Below are positions 1-11,547 of a DNA stretch of 64,000 nt, piece after piece; position 1 is the stretch's first letter, and each line of letters starts with the position of its first letter. The translations under genes and the position numbers were made by a program. Source of the DNA: Alphaproteobacteria bacterium (GTDB taxonomy: Bacteria; Pseudomonadota; Alphaproteobacteria; GCA-2731375); NCBI GenBank assembly GCA_965232515.1, contig CBDDPY010000002.1, positions 768,001 through 832,000 on the forward strand. Reading direction: 5' to 3'. The notes beneath the pieces are model-generated. The model did no database searches. It saw only the letters and a list, made by a program, of their open reading frames with translations, and was not told the origin of the DNA.

Positions 1-63
1 CCCAACGGCCAACGTTATGAGCAAACCCGCGACGGCTGTTCTGCCGCCGATCCAGCCCGACAT
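1..63 (-). CDS. N-terminal fragment of a probable exported protein (runs off the window edge)
   Basis: ATG at 63 gives MSGWIGGRTAVAGLLITLAVG, a signal-peptide-like start with no stop before position 1; purine-rich GAGTGGGA upstream. Confidence 0.5.
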   Translation of the reverse strand, partial: MSGWIGGRTAVAGLLITLAVG

Positions 64-241
64 CAAATCTGTCCCACTCGCTCAGGCACACATACCTAGC
101 CGCCCGGCCCAAGTCGTGTCCCGTAATCCCTAACCTAGGTTCAAATCGACAAGCGGCCAACGCCGCAGGAACAAAAACCGTGTCCCTTTTGAGAGTTAAA
201 CACAACCGGCGATCTGCCCGCCGTGACTTTTCTAGGTTTCG

Positions 242-868
242 TTATGCCTTGTTCGGACTTTTTCGTCCGATCTTGGGTTCGGCGCCCTGCAGCAGCCGGC
301 GGATGTTGGCATGATGGCGGATGAACACGAGGATCGCCATGAAGCCCGCAAGCTCGGCTCGCTGCGGGTCCGCCAGCCACCAGGCAAAGGCCGGACTGGT
401 GGCGACGGCGATCAGGGCGGCGAGGGAGGAAAAGCGGAAGATCGCCGCGACGATCAGCCAAGTCAGGCACGCCAGCAGGCCGACGGGCCAGGCGCTGGCC
501 AACAACACGCCGAGAAAGGTTGCGACGCCTTTGCCGCCGGCGAACTTGAGCCAGACGGGAAACAGGTGCCCGACGAAGGCGCCGCCGCCGGCCAATACGG
601 CGATGTCCGGGCCGAAATTCGCGCCGATGAGCACGGCCGCGGCGCCTTTGCCGCCATCGAGCAATAGAGTCAGTGCCGCCAGTGCTTTATTGCCGGTTCT
701 GAGCACATTGGTTGCGCCGATGTTGCCGGATCCGATGGCGCGGATGTCGCCGAGACCGGCGAGGCGGGTCAGGACCAAGCCGAACGGTATCGACCCCAGC
801 AGATAGCCAAGGATCACGGCCGCCAGGAACGGCCAAGTATAGGACAGATCGCCGAGCGGATCGGGCAC
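242..868 (-). CDS. plsY: Glycerol-3-phosphate 1-O-acyltransferase PlsY
   Basis: Motifs GYLLGSIPFG, GSGNIGATN, GHLFPVW, GGKGVAT, RHHANIRRL; GTG start 2 nt after the pyrC stop; conserved pyrB-pyrC-plsY order. Confidence 0.96.
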   Translation of the reverse strand: MPDPLGDLSYTWPFLAAVILGYLLGSIPFGLVLTRLAGLGDIRAIGSGNIGATNVLRTGNKALAALTLLLDGGKGAAAVLIGANFGPDIAVLAGGGAFVGHLFPVWLKFAGGKGVATFLGVLLASAWPVGLLACLTWLIVAAIFRFSSLAALIAVATSPAFAWWLADPQRAELAGFMAILVFIRHHANIRRLLQGAEPKIGRKSPNKA

Positions 869-870
869 GA

Positions 871-2175
871 TCAGGCCTCGCCGGTCTGGTCGTAAACGCA
901 AGCACCGCCGACGATCGTGCGCCAGACCCGGCCCTGCACCGGTCGGCCGTCGAAGGGTGAATTCTTCGATTTGCTGCGGAACTTGTCCTCGTCGATCCGC
1001 CACGGCACGTCGGGATCGAACACCAGCATATCCGCCGGCGCCCCCGTTTCCAGCCTGCCGGTCGGCAGACCCAGATGTCGCGCCGGATTGATCGTCATCT
1101 TCGCGATCAGCTCGGGCAGGCCGAGATTGCCGTTGTGATACAGCTCCAGCGCCAGCGGCAGCAGCGTTTCCAGGCCGATGATGCCGCTTGCCGCCTGTTC
1201 GAACGGCAGCCGCTTGCTCTCGGCGTCCTCGGGCGTGTGGCTGGAGCAGATCACGTCGACCGTGCCGTCTGCCAACCCTTCGACCAGGCCGCGCCGGTCG
1301 TCCTCGCTGCGCAGCGGCGGATCCGTCTTGGCGAACGTTCTGTAATCGCCGACCGCGGTTTCATTGAGCGCGAAATTGTGCGGCGCAGCGGCGGCGCTGA
1401 CCGGCAGCTCGTTCGCCTTGGCCGTCCGCAGCGCGTCGATCGCCGCGCGCGTCGAGACCAGCGCCGCGTGATAGCGCCCGCCGGTCAGCTCCACCAGGCG
1501 CAGGTCGCGTTCGATCATCACCGTCTCGGCGCAGGCCGGGATGCCCGGCAAGCCGAGACGCATGGCGACCTCGCTCTCGTTCATGACACCGTCGCGGGCG
1601 AGCGCCGGCTCCTCGGGGTATTGTACGACCAGCAGCCCGAAGGTGGAGGCGTAGCTGAGTACCCGGCGCATCACCAGGGCATTCGACACGGCGCGGTCGC
1701 CGTCGCTGAATGCCACGGCGCCGGTTTCCGCCATCAGCCCGAGCTCCGTCATGGCCTTGCCCTCCAGGCCCTGACTGATCGCCGCCATCGGCAAGATTCG
1801 CACGGCGGTGGTTTCGCGCGCCCTGCGGGCGACATATTCGACCAGTGCCACGTTGTCGATGACGGGCTCGGTGTTGGGCATGGTGACGGCCGTGGTCACG
1901 CCGCCGGCCGCGGCCGCTTGTCCCAGGCTGGCGAGCGTCTCCTTGTGCTCGGCGCCGGGCTCGCCGCTGAACACCCGCATGTCGATCAGGCCCGGGCATA
2001 GCACGCGGCCGCCGCAGTCGACCCGCTCGATGCCGTCTGCCAGTTCCGCACCGGCCAGTTCCGACCCCAGATCGGCAATGACGCCGTCTTCGGTCAGCAG
2101 CCCGCCCGGCGCATCCAGACCGCTGGCCGGATCGAGCAGCCGGGCGTTCAGATAGGCGACGCGACGGCCGCTCAT
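871..2175 (-). CDS. pyrC: Dihydroorotase-like protein, probably the catalytically inactive PyrC' partner of ATCase
   Basis: Motifs EPG..HKET, AAGGVTT..MPNT, KTDPPLR, KSKNSPF; ATG overlaps the pyrB stop; DMRVF replaces DxHxH and SSHTP replaces DHAPH. Confidence 0.9.
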   Translation of the reverse strand: MSGRRVAYLNARLLDPASGLDAPGGLLTEDGVIADLGSELAGAELADGIERVDCGGRVLCPGLIDMRVFSGEPGAEHKETLASLGQAAAAGGVTTAVTMPNTEPVIDNVALVEYVARRARETTAVRILPMAAISQGLEGKAMTELGLMAETGAVAFSDGDRAVSNALVMRRVLSYASTFGLLVVQYPEEPALARDGVMNESEVAMRLGLPGIPACAETVMIERDLRLVELTGGRYHAALVSTRAAIDALRTAKANELPVSAAAAPHNFALNETAVGDYRTFAKTDPPLRSEDDRRGLVEGLADGTVDVICSSHTPEDAESKRLPFEQAASGIIGLETLLPLALELYHNGNLGLPELIAKMTINPARHLGLPTGRLETGAPADMLVFDPDVPWRIDEDKFRSKSKNSPFDGRPVQGRVWRTIVGGACVYDQTGEA

Positions 2176-3149
2176 TGGGCGAGCGCAACCGGGCGGTTCG
2201 ACAGATGCCGCGACAGCAGGTCCAGGACCGCCATGCGGACCGCCACGCCCATTTCGACCTGTTCGCGGATGGCGCTGCGATGGATATCGTCCGCCACGTC
2301 GGGGTCGATCTCGACGCCCCGGTTCATCGGCCCGGGGTGCATGACCAGCGCGTCGGGTTTCGCGCAGGCCAGCTTTTCGCGATCGAGTCCGTAGAAATGA
2401 AAATATTCCCGGATCGACGGCACGAAAGCGCCCTTCATGCGCTCGGTCTGCAACCGCAGCATCATGACGATGTCGCAATCCGCAAGCCCGGCGCGCATGT
2501 CGTGATGCACCTCGACGCCCAGCCGCGCGACCTCGGCCGGCAGCAGGGTGGGTGGCGCGATGACCCGGACCCGCGCGCCCATGGTGTTCAACAGCAGGAT
2601 GTTCGAGCGCGCGACCCGGCTGTGCATGATGTCGCCGCAGATCGCCACGACGAGGCCGTTCAGGCGGCCGAGCCGCCGGCGGATCGTGAGCGCGTCGAGC
2701 AGGGCCTGGGTCGGGTGCTCGTGGCTGCCGTCGCCGGCATTGATGACCGAGCCGTCGACCTTCTGGCTCAACAGGTTGACGGCGCCGGAATCCGGATGCC
2801 GGACCACCAGCACGTCGGGGTGCATGGCGTTCAACGTCATCGCGGTGTCGATCAGGGTCTCGCCCTTTTTGATGGCCGAGGTGGCGACAGACATGTTGAT
2901 GACGTCGGCGCCGAGGCGTTTGCCCGCCAGCTCGAACGAGGTCCGGGTCCGGGTCGAGCTCTCGAAGAACAGGTTGATCTGGGTGCGGCCCCGAAGCAGC
3001 GACTGTTTCTTGTCGATCTGCCGGTTCTGGGCCACATAGTCTTCGGCCAGATCGAGGATGGCGATAATTTCAGCGGGGGACAGCCCCTCCATTCCCAATA
3101 GATGCCGGTGCGGAAAGTAGGGAATTTCGGGAGAGGGCGCGTCGCTCAT
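2172..3149 (-). CDS. pyrB: Aspartate carbamoyltransferase catalytic subunit
   Basis: [39 protein letters not shown]. Confidence 0.98.
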   Translation of the reverse strand: MSDAPSPEIPYFPHRHLLGMEGLSPAEIIAILDLAEDYVAQNRQIDKKQSLLRGRTQINLFFESSTRTRTSFELAGKRLGADVINMSVATSAIKKGETLIDTAMTLNAMHPDVLVVRHPDSGAVNLLSQKVDGSVINAGDGSHEHPTQALLDALTIRRRLGRLNGLVVAICGDIMHSRVARSNILLLNTMGARVRVIAPPTLLPAEVARLGVEVHHDMRAGLADCDIVMMLRLQTERMKGAFVPSIREYFHFYGLDREKLACAKPDALVMHPGPMNRGVEIDPDVADDIHRSAIREQVEMGVAVRMAVLDLLSRHLSNRPVALAQ

Positions 3150-3214
3150 TTAAAGGCGCATTGTATAAGCTCGTACCTGGCGGGACGCAAGCAGAGGTAA
3201 AGGGAGGCGATCGG

Positions 3215-3937
3215 ATGGCGCAGGCAGCTCAGGCAACATTGGGGCCGGATGGCCGTGTCGTCATGATTTCCGGCGCCAATCGGGGCATCGGGCTGGCCAT
3301 CGCCGAGCATCTGAACGATCTGGGTTATAGCCTGAGCCTGGGCGCCCGGCGGCCCGAATCGCTTGCCGGGTTCGCCGGCGACACCGTTCTGACACACCAG
3401 TTTGACGCCACCCGCGCCGCCGACGCCGCCGGCTGGGTCGAAGCGACGGTGGCGCGGTTCGGCCGTATCGACGCGCTGATCAATTGCGCCGGCATCCTGC
3501 ACGATGTCGGTCTGGACGACGGCGACGAGGCGCTGCTGGACGAGATGTGGGAGGTCAACGTCAAGGCGCCGTTCCGCCTCAGCCGTCTTTGCCTGCCCCA
3601 TCTGCGCAAGACCGGAACCGGCCGCATCGTCAACATGGTGTCGACGGCGGGCCTGCGCTTTCGCGGCGGTTCGGCGGGTTATGCCATCACCAAGTTCGCG
3701 ACCACGGGGCTGAGCCATGCCACGCGGTTCGCGGGCTGGGACGACGGCGTTCGCGTCACCGCGCTGTGCCCGGGACCGGTCGCGACCGACATGGGCATCG
3801 CCAACGTCGGGATGCCGGCCGAGGACATGACCCAGCCCGAAACCATGGCCGCTGTTGTGGCCATGCTGCTGTCGCTGCCGAACACGGCATCGGTTGTACA
3901 ATTGCCGGTGCACAGCATATTAGAACCAACGGTTTAG
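3215..3937 (+). CDS. SDR family oxidoreductase
   Basis: SGANRGIG Rossmann motif, INCAG, YAITK catalytic motif; GGGAGG SD before ATG 3215. Confidence 0.9.
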   Translation: MAQAAQATLGPDGRVVMISGANRGIGLAIAEHLNDLGYSLSLGARRPESLAGFAGDTVLTHQFDATRAADAAGWVEATVARFGRIDALINCAGILHDVGLDDGDEALLDEMWEVNVKAPFRLSRLCLPHLRKTGTGRIVNMVSTAGLRFRGGSAGYAITKFATTGLSHATRFAGWDDGVRVTALCPGPVATDMGIANVGMPAEDMTQPETMAAVVAMLLSLPNTASVVQLPVHSILEPTV

Positions 3938-3965
3938 ACGCGGCCGGACGGCAGGGAGCCGGCGG

Positions 3966-5900
3966 ATGACGCAAAGCGATGCGGTTGACGCGCCAGCGGG
4001 CGCGCCGACGGAAATAAGGGCCAAATCGGAAACCCAGCGGTCGTTTGGCGAATTGCCAAAGCGGTTCCGCCTGCCGATTTCAACGGTACTGCTGGTCGGG
4101 TTCGGCGGCCTGGTGCTGATCGCGGTCGCCAGCGTACTGATCCTGGGTTTCGCCAGCGCCACGAAGAACACGGTCGATCTGCTGCGCGAGGCGACCAACC
4201 AGCGGCTCGACGTTATCGAGGGGCATATTCGCGGTCAGATCGACCCGGCCCGGCGTTTCGGATTGGCGCTCGCCGACGAGATCGCCGGCGGGGGGATCGA
4301 TCCGAATGACACGGCACAGCTCGCCGACTTCATGCGCGGCGGGCTCAATGCCATGCCGCAGGTCATGGGCGTGCAGTATTTGCAATCGGACTTGAAGGCC
4401 TACGCCGCTGGTCGCTGGTTTGGACCGGACGAGATAATCGTCGTCGATCGCACGGAAGATATGTCGGGCGACGACCAACATCCGCACTTCGACTACATCA
4501 CCACCATCGATGGCCCGTACCGATACTATCTGATCTGGATCGCCGAGCTTGGCGAGACGCTGCTGAATCTTGATGTGCCGGTTCGCCGGCAAGATGAACT
4601 GATCGGCGGCGTCAGCGTCGTCATCAGCCTGAGCAGCCTGGGCGACTTCGTCGAGCAGCTCAACATTCCGGGCATGCAGGAGGCGCATGCCTTCATCCTC
4701 TATGGACAGGATCACGTCCTGGCGCACCACGCCATGCGACACAATCCCTGGCGCCCGGCGGACCCCAACCGCGACACCGACCCGTTCTCGACGCCGCTGC
4801 CGACCCGTGCCGACCTCAAGGACTATGCGTTGTCCCTGCTAAGGGACACCGACATCGACGAGGTCCTGACCGACGATAGCGGACAGGGTCAGTTCGGTGC
4901 GCTGCCCGAGGACGATCCGGAATTCGTCTTTCTCGGCCGAAAACTGACCGGCTATGGCGCGGAACCCTGGGTGATCGCCCAGCAATACCGGATCGAAGAT
5001 GTCGGGACGCCAATCGCTCGCCTGTTCCGCACCGGCACGGTGGGGTTGGTGATCCTGCTGGTCTCGGTCCTGGTGGCTTTGTTCATCGGCCGTCGGATCA
5101 CGCGTCAGGTGCAGACGCTGGCCGGCGCGGCCAACAGCCTGCGGTCGCTGGAGTTTGCGTCGGCGCCGACCATTCCGGATTCGCGGCTGCGCGAATTGGC
5201 GAACGCCGGACAGGCCTTCAACGCCATGGTCTCGGCCCTGCGCTGGTTCGAGATGTATGTCCCGAAGTCCCTGGTGCTGCGGCTGATGGGCGAGGGCGAC
5301 AGCGCCATCGTCAATTCGGCGGAACGGGATGTGACGGTGATGTTCACGGACATCCGGGGCTTCACGCCGTTGTCGCAGAGCATGTCGGCGAACCAGGTGG
5401 CGACGCTGCTGAACGAGCATTTCACGCTGCTGGCGCGCTGTATCGAGGCCGAGGGCGGCACCGTCGACAAGTATATCGGCGACAGCATCATGGCGTTCTG
5501 GGGCGCGCCGGAAGACCAGGCCGACCATGCGGCCCGCGCCGTGCGCGCGGCCGAAGCCATAGTACGCGAGATGGCGGCCGACAACGCCCGCCGCCGGGCG
5601 GCGAACGCGGGCGAGATCAAGATGCGGATCGGCATCAATTCCGGGCCGGCCGTCGTCGGCAATATCGGTTCGAGCAGCCGGATCAACTACACGCTGGTCG
5701 GCGAGACGGTGAACGTCGCTGAGCGTCTGGAGGGGCTCGGCAAGACCGTGCACAAGGACGAAGACGTGGTGGTCCTGCTCAGCGCTGCGACGGCTAACGC
5801 GGCCGGGCTGACGGACGAATTGATCCCGCTCGGTGATCACGAGCTGCGCGGACATGTCGGCGAGGTGACGGTCTATCGGCTGAAGACGCCGGAGATGTGA
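3966..5900 (+). CDS. Membrane-anchored adenylate/guanylate cyclase (sensor-HAMP-class III catalytic domain)
   Basis: Two TM segments flanking an extracytoplasmic domain; VMFTDIRGFT, VDKYIGD, NYTLVGETVNVAERLE. Confidence 0.92.
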   Translation: MTQSDAVDAPAGAPTEIRAKSETQRSFGELPKRFRLPISTVLLVGFGGLVLIAVASVLILGFASATKNTVDLLREATNQRLDVIEGHIRGQIDPARRFGLALADEIAGGGIDPNDTAQLADFMRGGLNAMPQVMGVQYLQSDLKAYAAGRWFGPDEIIVVDRTEDMSGDDQHPHFDYITTIDGPYRYYLIWIAELGETLLNLDVPVRRQDELIGGVSVVISLSSLGDFVEQLNIPGMQEAHAFILYGQDHVLAHHAMRHNPWRPADPNRDTDPFSTPLPTRADLKDYALSLLRDTDIDEVLTDDSGQGQFGALPEDDPEFVFLGRKLTGYGAEPWVIAQQYRIEDVGTPIARLFRTGTVGLVILLVSVLVALFIGRRITRQVQTLAGAANSLRSLEFASAPTIPDSRLRELANAGQAFNAMVSALRWFEMYVPKSLVLRLMGEGDSAIVNSAERDVTVMFTDIRGFTPLSQSMSANQVATLLNEHFTLLARCIEAEGGTVDKYIGDSIMAFWGAPEDQADHAARAVRAAEAIVREMAADNARRRAANAGEIKMRIGINSGPAVVGNIGSSSRINYTLVGETVNVAERLEGLGKTVHKDEDVVVLLSAATANAAGLTDELIPLGDHELRGHVGEVTVYRLKTPEM

Positions 5901-5906
5901 GCCGGG

Positions 5907-6821
5907 CTAACCGACGATCGCCAGCCAGAACGGAATAGTGACGAAGGCGCCCAGCAGCGTGCCGGTGACGATGCTGGCCATCAGCGTGGCGTCGCCGCCG
6001 TGCTGGCGGGCCTGGATATAGGTCACGGGCGAGACCGGCAGCGTCGCATAGATCAGGATGGCGATGGCGGCGACGCCGTCGATGCCGAACAGACGGCTGA
6101 CGCCGATCACGATCAGCGGCATGCCCATCAGGCGGATCAGGCAGGCGAGCGCGACCTTGCCGCCAGCCGCGCGCACGGCCGCGAAGTCGAGCCCGACGCC
6201 AACCGACAGCAGGCCCAGCGGCAGGGCGGCGCTGGCCAGGATCTTCAGGAACGGCTCCAGCGCCCAGGGCAGGCCGATGCCGAAACCGTTCAGCGCCAGT
6301 CCGACGACGATCGAGATGATGATCGGGTTCCGGGCGACGCCGACCAGCACGTCGCGCCAGCGCATGCGGCCGCCGCCGCCATACCTGACGAGCGCGATGA
6401 CGGAGACCGTGTTGGCGGTCGGCGTGACGAAGGCGATCACCAGGCTGAACAGCGCCAGGGCCTCGACGCCGTAGAGCGTCTGGGCGATGGCGAAGCCCGA
6501 ATAGGCATTGAAGCGGATGCCGCCCTGCACGAAGGACGAGAAGCCCGGCCCGTCGACCGGTAGCCAGCGACGGATCAGCAGCAGAACAGCCGTCATCGCC
6601 AAGACCGAGGTAATGGCGACGCCGCCGAACCGCAGCACCGAGACATCGCCGACTTCGCTGGTGGCGAGCGTGTGGATGATCAAGGCCGGGAACATCAGGT
6701 AGTAGACGACCCGGTCGAGCGCCGGCCAGAAGGCGTCGCCCGGAAAGCCGATGCGCTTCATGCCCCAGCCGAACACGATCAGGCCGAAAATCGGCGCCAG
6801 CGCGTAGAGCGTCGCCCCCAT
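5907..6821 (-). CDS. AEC family (auxin efflux carrier-like) transporter
   Basis: About 10 hydrophobic segments; VYYLMFPALI, RNPIII, ALPLGLLSVG, GGDATLMA; directly downstream of ruvX. Confidence 0.88.
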   Translation of the reverse strand: MGATLYALAPIFGLIVFGWGMKRIGFPGDAFWPALDRVVYYLMFPALIIHTLATSEVGDVSVLRFGGVAITSVLAMTAVLLLIRRWLPVDGPGFSSFVQGGIRFNAYSGFAIAQTLYGVEALALFSLVIAFVTPTANTVSVIALVRYGGGGRMRWRDVLVGVARNPIIISIVVGLALNGFGIGLPWALEPFLKILASAALPLGLLSVGVGLDFAAVRAAGGKVALACLIRLMGMPLIVIGVSRLFGIDGVAAIAILIYATLPVSPVTYIQARQHGGDATLMASIVTGTLLGAFVTIPFWLAIVG

Positions 6822-6839
6822 GGTCGATCGGGCCTGCGC

Positions 6840-7307
6840 CTAGGACCGCGTCAGGGCGTCGAGCAGGCCCTGCAGGATGTAGCTGGCGGCAAGCTTGTCG
6901 ACGACCTGGGCGCGCTGCTTGCGGCTGACGTCCATTTCCTTGACCAGCATGCGCTCGACGGCGGCCGTCGACAGGCGTTCGTCCCAGAACAGGATCGGAA
7001 TTTCCCTCTTTTTCAACAGGTTGTCGGCGAATGCGCGGGTTGCCTGGCAACGCGGACCCTCGCTGCCGTCCATATTGACCGGCAGGCCGATGACGAGGGC
7101 GCCGACATTCTCGGCGTCGATCACCTTGAGCAGCTTCTCGGCGTCCTGCGTAAATTTCGTGCGGCGGATGGTGTCGAAGGGGCTGGCGATGTTCCAGGTC
7201 GTGTCCGAGAGCGCCAGGCCGATGGTCCGGGTGCCGAGATCCAGGCCCAGCAGACGGCTGCCGGCGGGCGCCGTGGCGCGAAGGTCCTCAGGCTTGCCTA
7301 GCAACAT
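6840..7307 (-). CDS. ruvX: Holliday junction resolvase-like RuvX / pre-16S rRNA nuclease YqgF
   Basis: LLGLDLGTRTIGLALSD, VIGLP..MDG, WDERLST, VDKLAASYILQ. Confidence 0.95.
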   Translation of the reverse strand: MLLGKPEDLRATAPAGSRLLGLDLGTRTIGLALSDTTWNIASPFDTIRRTKFTQDAEKLLKVIDAENVGALVIGLPVNMDGSEGPRCQATRAFADNLLKKREIPILFWDERLSTAAVERMLVKEMDVSRKQRAQVVDKLAASYILQGLLDALTRS

Positions 7308-7390
7308 GGCCGGTGATAGGTCTCGGACATCGGAAAACAGCGGGCGGCGAGGGGTTTCGCGGCCCGGATTTGTTCCGCGAAAGGTCGCAC

Positions 7391-7678
7391 ATGTCCGTGG
7401 ACAAAGCCACAGTGGCGCGCATCGCGCACCTCGCGCGCATCGGCGTGCCGGAAGATCAGCTCGAACCGCTGGTGGCCGAGTTGAACAACATCCTGACCTG
7501 GGTCGAGCAGCTGGACGAGCTGGACACGTCCGACGTGCCGCCGATGGCGAGCGTGCACGACGATCAGCTGCGTTGGCGGGTGGACGAGGTCAATGACGGC
7601 GGCATTCAGGACGATGTGACCCGCAATGCGCCGGACGGCGAGCGGGGCTTCTTCGCCGTGCCGAAGGTGGTCGAGTGA
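7391..7678 (+). CDS. gatC: Asp/Glu-tRNA amidotransferase subunit C
   Basis: [10 protein letters not shown] ... FFAVPKVVE; first gene of gatCAB. Confidence 0.97.
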   Translation: MSVDKATVARIAHLARIGVPEDQLEPLVAELNNILTWVEQLDELDTSDVPPMASVHDDQLRWRVDEVNDGGIQDDVTRNAPDGERGFFAVPKVVE

Positions 7679-9159
7679 TGGCCGAGTTGACGGATCTCAC
7701 GATCGCCGAGGCCCGCGACGCGCTGGCGAAGGGCGAGACCTCGGCGCGCGAGCTGGCGGACAGCCACATCGATGCGATGGAAGCGGCCCGGTCGCTGAAC
7801 ATGTTCGTCACCGAAACGCCCGAACTGGCCCGCGCCATGGCCGCCGCCTCGGACGAGCGGCGGGCGAAGGGCGAGGTCGGGCTGATGGACGGCATCCCGA
7901 TCGGCATGAAGGACCTCTACTGCACCAAGGACGTGCTGACGACGGCCGGCAGCCATATCCTCGACGGCTTCAAACCGACCTACGAGTCGACGGTCAGCGC
8001 CAACCTCTGGCGCGAGGGCGCCGTCATGCTGGGCAAGACCAACATGGACGAGTTCGCCATGGGCTCGTCGAACGAGACCAGCTACCACGGCCCGGTGGCC
8101 AGTCCCTGGCGGCGCCAAGGCGACAACCGGCCGTTGGTGCCGGGCGGATCGTCGGGCGGCTCGGCGGCCGCCGTGGCGGCGCGCGTCGCCATGGCCGGCA
8201 CCGGTACCGACACCGGCGGCTCGATCCGCCAGCCGGCGTCGTTCGCCGGCATCGTCGGCTGCAAGCCGACCTACGGCCGCTGTTCGCGCTGGGGCGTCGT
8301 CGCCTTCGCGTCTTCGTTGGACCAGGCCGGGCCGATGACCCGCAGCGTGCGCGACGCGGCCATCATGCTGCGCGCCATGAGCGGCTTCGACCCGAAGGAC
8401 TCGACCAGCGCCGACAAGCCGGTGCCGGACTTCGAAGCGGCGATGACGGGCGATATCCGGGGCCTGAAGATCGGCATCCCGAACGAGTACCGCATCGACG
8501 GCATGCCGCCCGAGATCGAGACCCTGTGGCGGCAGGGCATCGACTGGATGCGCCAGGCCGGCGCGGAGATCGTCGATATCAGCATGCCGCACACGAAGTA
8601 TGCGCTGCCGACCTATTACATCGTCGCGCCGGCGGAGGCGTCCTCGAACCTGGCACGCTACGACGGCGTTCGCTACGGCCTGCGGGTGGACGGCGAGGAC
8701 CTGACGGCGATGTACGAGAACACCCGCGGCGCCGGCTTCGGACCGGAGGTGAGGCGGCGGGTGCTGATTGGCACCTACGTGCTGTCGGCGGGCTATTACG
8801 ACGCCTATTACCTGAAGGCGCAGAAGGTCCGGCGGCTGATCAAGCAGGACTTCGTCGACGCCTTCGCCAAGGTCGATGCGATCCTGACGCCGACCGCGCC
8901 GAGCGCCGCGTTCGCGGCGGGCGAGAAGGGCGACGATCCGATCGCCATGTACCTGAACGACGTCTTCACGGTCCCGGGCAGCCTGACGGGTCTGCCAGGC
9001 ATCTCGGTGCCGGCGGGACTGTCGGCGGACGACCTGCCGCTCGGCCTGCAGGTCCTGGCGCCGTCGTTCGACGAGGAAACCATGTTCCGGGTCGCGGGCG
9101 TGCTGGAGGAGGCGGCCGGCTTCGACCGCAAGCCCGACACCTGGTGGAGGGCGGCCTGA
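7678..9159 (+). CDS. gatA: Asp/Glu-tRNA amidotransferase subunit A
   Basis: [44 protein letters not shown]; TGATG overlap with gatC. Confidence 0.98.
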   Translation: MAELTDLTIAEARDALAKGETSARELADSHIDAMEAARSLNMFVTETPELARAMAAASDERRAKGEVGLMDGIPIGMKDLYCTKDVLTTAGSHILDGFKPTYESTVSANLWREGAVMLGKTNMDEFAMGSSNETSYHGPVASPWRRQGDNRPLVPGGSSGGSAAAVAARVAMAGTGTDTGGSIRQPASFAGIVGCKPTYGRCSRWGVVAFASSLDQAGPMTRSVRDAAIMLRAMSGFDPKDSTSADKPVPDFEAAMTGDIRGLKIGIPNEYRIDGMPPEIETLWRQGIDWMRQAGAEIVDISMPHTKYALPTYYIVAPAEASSNLARYDGVRYGLRVDGEDLTAMYENTRGAGFGPEVRRRVLIGTYVLSAGYYDAYYLKAQKVRRLIKQDFVDAFAKVDAILTPTAPSAAFAAGEKGDDPIAMYLNDVFTVPGSLTGLPGISVPAGLSADDLPLGLQVLAPSFDEETMFRVAGVLEEAAGFDRKPDTWWRAA

Positions 9160-10625
9160 TGGCGGCGGGCAACGGAAAACTGATCGCCGGCGCGACCGGC
9201 GACTGGGAAATCGTCATTGGCCTGGAAGTGCATGCCCAGGTCGTCTCCGACGCCAAGCTGTTCTCGGGCGCGGCCACGGCCTTCGGCGCCGAGCCGAACA
9301 GCCAGGTCAGCCTGGTCGACGCGGCCATGCCCGGCATGCTGCCGGCGATCAACGAGATGTGCGTCGAACAGGCCGTGCGCACGGGCCTCGGCCTCAATGC
9401 CGAGATCAACCACTACTCGGTGTTCGACCGGAAGAACTACTTCTATCCCGACCTGCCGGCGGGCTATCAGATCTCGCAGTACAAGAACCCCATCGTGGGC
9501 CATGGCACCGTCGTCCTCGACCTGCCGGACGGCGAGACGCGCGAGGTCGGCATCGAGCGCCTGCACCTGGAGCAGGACGCCGGCAAGAGCTTGCACGACC
9601 AGCATCCCTCGATGACTTATGTGGACCTGAACCGGGCCGGCGTGGCGCTGATGGAGATCGTCTCGCAGCCGGACCTCAGGTCATCGGAAGAGGCCGGTAT
9701 CTATCTGCGCAAGCTGCGGGCGATCCTGCGCTATCTCGGCACCTGCGACGGCAACATGGAAGAAGGCAGCATGCGCGCCGACGTCAACGTGTCGGTGCGC
9801 CGGCCGAGCGAGCCGCTGGGGACGCGCTGCGAGATCAAGAACGTGAACTCGGTACGGTTCGTGCAGCAGGCGATCGAGTACGAGGCCCGCCGTCAGGTCG
9901 ACGTTATCGAGGACGGCGGCAGCATCGAGCAGGAGACGCGGCTGTTCGACACCGGCCGCGGAGAGACCCGGCCCATGCGCACCAAGGAAGAGGCACACGA
10001 CTATCGCTACTTCCCGGACCCCGACCTGCTGCCGCTTCAATTGACTCACGAGTTCGTCGACCGAATCCGCGCCTCGCTGCCGGAACTGCCGGACCAGAAG
10101 AAGCAGCGGTTTATGGACGAAATGGGCCTGTCGGCCTATGACGCAGGCGTCCTGGTGGCCGAGCGCGAGACGGCCGAATTCTTCGAGACCGTTGCCGATG
10201 GCCGCGACGCCAAGACGGCCGCCAACTGGGTCATGGGCGACCTCTTCGGCCTGTTGAACAAGGCAGGGCTGACGATCACCGAGGCGCCGATTACCGCCGC
10301 GCAGCTCGGTGGCTTGCTCGATCTGATCGCGGACGGGACCATTTCCGGCCGCATTGCCAAGGACGTGTTCGTCGAGATGTTCGCAAGCGGCAAGGACGCT
10401 GATGTGATCGTCGACGAGAAGGGCCTCAAGCAGGTCTCGGACACGGGCGAGATCGAAGGCCTTGTCGACCAAGTGATGGCCGAGAACGACGACAAGGTGG
10501 CCCAGTTCCGCAGCGGCAAGGAGGCGGTGCTGGGCTGGTTCGTCGGCCAGATCATGAAGGCGACCAAGGGCCAGGCCAACCCGCAGGTGGTGAACGAGGT
10601 GCTGCGCCGGAAGCTTTCGGGTTGA
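9159..10625 (+). CDS. gatB: Asp/Glu-tRNA amidotransferase subunit B
   Basis: [39 protein letters not shown]; TGATG overlap with gatA. Confidence 0.98.
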   Translation: MAAGNGKLIAGATGDWEIVIGLEVHAQVVSDAKLFSGAATAFGAEPNSQVSLVDAAMPGMLPAINEMCVEQAVRTGLGLNAEINHYSVFDRKNYFYPDLPAGYQISQYKNPIVGHGTVVLDLPDGETREVGIERLHLEQDAGKSLHDQHPSMTYVDLNRAGVALMEIVSQPDLRSSEEAGIYLRKLRAILRYLGTCDGNMEEGSMRADVNVSVRRPSEPLGTRCEIKNVNSVRFVQQAIEYEARRQVDVIEDGGSIEQETRLFDTGRGETRPMRTKEEAHDYRYFPDPDLLPLQLTHEFVDRIRASLPELPDQKKQRFMDEMGLSAYDAGVLVAERETAEFFETVADGRDAKTAANWVMGDLFGLLNKAGLTITEAPITAAQLGGLLDLIADGTISGRIAKDVFVEMFASGKDADVIVDEKGLKQVSDTGEIEGLVDQVMAENDDKVAQFRSGKEAVLGWFVGQIMKATKGQANPQVVNEVLRRKLSG

Positions 10626-11068
10626 GCGGCGTGACGAGCGACGACGCCGACCACCAGGCCATCTGGGCGTTCTTCGCCGAGTGGGGCGGGTACGTGGCGG
10701 CGGTCGATTTCGAATCGGCCCGGCCATTGTTCGATGATGGCGTGATCGGCTTCGGCACCTTCATGGACACGGTCGTCGGCCTCGACAATCTGGAACGCGG
10801 GCAGTGGCGGTCGATCTGGCCGACCATCGAGGACTTCCGCTTCAACCTCGACAGCCTGAAATGCGTCGTCGCGCCGGACCGCCTGATGGCGATGGGCGCG
10901 ATCACCTGGAGTTCGACCGGCATCGCCGAGAACGGCGACCGCTTCGACCGGCCGGGCCGTGCCACCGTCGTCTTCAAGCGCGCCGACGTCGGCCAGCCCT
11001 GGCGCGGCGTGCACACGCATTTCTCGCTAAATCCAGGTACGCCGCAGCGTTCCTACGGCGGCGCCTGA
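10622..11068 (+). CDS. SnoaL/NTF2-like family protein
   Basis: About 148 aa alpha+beta pattern ending RATVVF..W..VHTHFS; overlaps the gatB stop (alternative start GTG 10631). Confidence 0.75.
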   Translation: MSGVTSDDADHQAIWAFFAEWGGYVAAVDFESARPLFDDGVIGFGTFMDTVVGLDNLERGQWRSIWPTIEDFRFNLDSLKCVVAPDRLMAMGAITWSSTGIAENGDRFDRPGRATVVFKRADVGQPWRGVHTHFSLNPGTPQRSYGGA

Positions 11069-11111
11069 CGCGCTATACTCGCACCCGATCCGCAACGCGA
11101 GGGAGGAAGCA

Positions 11112-11543
11112 ATGAGCGTGGCAACGAGCGACGACGAACGCGGCGAGACCACGATGTCTGGCTGGCACAAGGGCAAGCTGCACATCAGCCACGACAACGA
11201 AGAGGCCTATGACGGCGGCCTGCGGGAGTACTTCGAGTACCGCGATCTCGGCATGGTCGAAGCCACGGGCGGCAAGATCCGGGCGCACGTCATTCGGCCG
11301 AACGCGCCGTGCAAGGAATCCGGCGACCTGCACTACCACACGCTCGACTTTCAGATGGTCTACGTGCTGAAGGGCTGGGCGCGGGTCTATTTCGAGGGCA
11401 CGGGCGAGGTCATGTTCAAGGAGGGCACCTGCATGTATCAGGAGCCGGGCATCCATCACCGCGTCATCGAGTGGTCGGACGACTACACGGTCATCGAGAT
11501 CACCAGTCCGGCCGACTTCGACACGGTCTCGATCGCGCCCTGA
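11112..11543 (+). CDS. Cupin domain protein
   Basis: GLREYFEYRDLG, HYHTLDFQMVYVLKGW, PGIHH cupin motifs; GGGAGG SD. Confidence 0.88.
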   Translation: MSVATSDDERGETTMSGWHKGKLHISHDNEEAYDGGLREYFEYRDLGMVEATGGKIRAHVIRPNAPCKESGDLHYHTLDFQMVYVLKGWARVYFEGTGEVMFKEGTCMYQEPGIHHRVIEWSDDYTVIEITSPADFDTVSIAP

Positions 11544-11547
11544 CGCC

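Noticed and set aside
7626-10625. 999-aa ORF suggesting a large GatB fusion
   Set aside because: The N-terminal half is a stop-free alternative frame over gatA; real GatB starts at ATG 9159, overlapping the gatA stop
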